Source: an uncultured cyanobacterium (GTDB lineage: Bacteria; Cyanobacteriota; Cyanobacteriia; Cyanobacteriales; CAWCAG01). From it: a stretch of 64,000 nt of DNA. The notes under the pieces are model-generated. The model saw only the letters and a program-made list of their open reading frames with translations, did not search any database and had not been told where the DNA came from. Below are positions 62,585 to 64,000 of the stretch, piece by piece. Both the position numbers and the translations under genes were made by a program. The first letter of the stretch is position 1; each line of letters opens with the position of its first letter. The stretch lies in NCBI GenBank assembly GCA_963803805.1, contig CAWDOD010000003.1, positions 288,001 through 352,000 on the forward strand, in the 5' to 3' direction.

Positions 62585-63838
62585 CTAAACTGTACCTAAT
62601 CCTTTCGCTAATAATGCTGTACCAAAAGCAGCTTCTGTATGAGGAGAAAGGAGAATAGGGACTTTGAGGTGGCGTTGGCGTAGATGTTGCCAGGTGGAAT
62701 TTTTTGCTCCTCCTCCGGCTGTATAGATATGTTTGAGGGGGCTTGCACCAAGGGATTGTAATAGTTGGTATCCTTTGGCTTCTATTTTTGCTATGCCTTC
62801 CAATAAACCGTGGAGAAACTCTACAGGATTTTCGGGACGAGGGGTTAATTTTGGGGGCAAGTTGGGGTTGTTGAGGGGGAAGCGATCGCCGGGATTAATG
62901 AGGGGATAATAATCGAGATTAGTTGCTTGGTGAGGATTGATTTTTTGGCTAAGTTCAACTAACTCTTTTGTGGTAAAGAAGTGTTGCAAAACTGCCCCCC
63001 CGGTGTTAGATGCACCTCCGGTTAACCACAACTCCCCTAAGCGATGGCTATAAATGCCGTATTGAGAGGCTTTGACGGGAGTTTGGCTTAATAATTTAAG
63101 CACTAAAGTTGAACCAAGGGAAGTTACTGCTTCTCCTGGTTGCTTTGCACCACTGGCGAGGAAAGCAGCAATACTATCGGTTGTGCCAGTGCAAACTAGA
63201 CAGTTTTTTGGCAAACCGTGATTAGAGGCAACCGCTTTACTTATTTCTCCAACAACAGTACCAGGAGGCAAAACTTTGGGTAAAAGAGATGCAAAGTCCG
63301 AATCTTCTAACCAAGAAGGATAACAGAGTTTTTCTACATCGTACCCTAACTTGAGGGCATTGTGATAGTCGCTGATACCTAATTTACCGTGGAGCAAAAA
63401 ACCTAACCAATCTGCTTGATGGAGGAAGTACTTACCTTGAGAAAAAACTGGCTGTTTCTTTAACCACAAGAGTTTGGCTAAACTTGATGTGGCACTACTA
63501 ACCACATGGTTTGCAGGGGCAATGGTTTGTAATTCCTTTAATACCTCAACTCCCCTTGCATCGTTGTACAAAATTGGTGTGGTAACAGGTTGACCTTGGT
63601 TATCGCACAGAAGTACTGTAGAGGATGTACCATTAATGGCGATTCTCTTAATTCCTGAGCGTATTTCTGGAGAAATTTGAGCTATTAAACTAAACAATGC
63701 CTGCCGCCACAACTCAGCTAAGTTTTCTTTTTGGGAATGAGCAAAAGAAAACTGTTCCTCTACCAGGATATTTTCTTGTTGATCAATTGCGATCGCCCTT
63801 GCGCCGGAAGTACCGAAATCTATACCGAGGTAATACAT
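62585..63838 (-). CDS. FGGY-family carbohydrate kinase
   Basis: GIDFGTSGAR, GTTDSIAAF, SLGSTL, AGGGAKN; start at MYYLG. Confidence 0.9.
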   Translation of the reverse strand: MYYLGIDFGTSGARAIAIDQQENILVEEQFSFAHSQKENLAELWRQALFSLIAQISPEIRSGIKRIAINGTSSTVLLCDNQGQPVTTPILYNDARGVEVLKELQTIAPANHVVSSATSSLAKLLWLKKQPVFSQGKYFLHQADWLGFLLHGKLGISDYHNALKLGYDVEKLCYPSWLEDSDFASLLPKVLPPGTVVGEISKAVASNHGLPKNCLVCTGTTDSIAAFLASGAKQPGEAVTSLGSTLVLKLLSQTPVKASQYGIYSHRLGELWLTGGASNTGGAVLQHFFTTKELVELSQKINPHQATNLDYYPLINPGDRFPLNNPNLPPKLTPRPENPVEFLHGLLEGIAKIEAKGYQLLQSLGASPLKHIYTAGGGAKNSTWQHLRQRHLKVPILLSPHTEAAFGTALLAKGLGTV

Positions 63839-64000
63839 AAGGAGTAGGGAGTAGGAGAAGTAGGGATTTTTGAAAATCTTTAGCAAATCTGCTTTAGGTT
63901 AAGTAAACAGAGTTATCATATTTAGTCTAGGTAGAGGAGTAAACCAACTTCTCTATTTAAAACTAAAACTTGTTTGTATATAAATTGCTATCGCATCTTA

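Overview
AT-rich cyanobacterial chromosome segment, identified by frequent HIP1 GCGATCGC octamers, heptamer intergenic repeats, and petBD, ctpA and ycf3. Positions 1-32.5 kb are accessory. They hold a convergent cluster TpsA(frameshifted)-[xisI/xisH remnant]-TpsB-TPR/CHAT-DUF928 -> <- DUF928-CHAT/CHASE2-DUF1822-sigma/HTH-like, two more TPR-CHAT proteases, Uma2 and Rpn nucleases, glcE, an HTTM protein, a (DDGTV)20 PEP-CTERM protein, gene relics and several REP/MITE-like repeats. Positions 32.5-64 kb are mostly core genes (helicase, ctpA, petBD, tsf, rpsB, purB, gatC, ycf3, Ser/Thr kinase, DAHP synthase), plus a BLUF photoactivated adenylyl cyclase and a NACHT-pentapeptide protein. The most striking unannotated signal is at 59507-59866, upstream of a short DAHP synthase. 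A near-consensus sigma70 promoter is followed by two tandem 18-aa Phe/Tyr/Trp-rich leader peptides, each with its own antiterminator/terminator pair. This looks like a double ribosome-mediated attenuator in a cyanobacterium. All family calls come from motif recognition by eye; no database searches were run.
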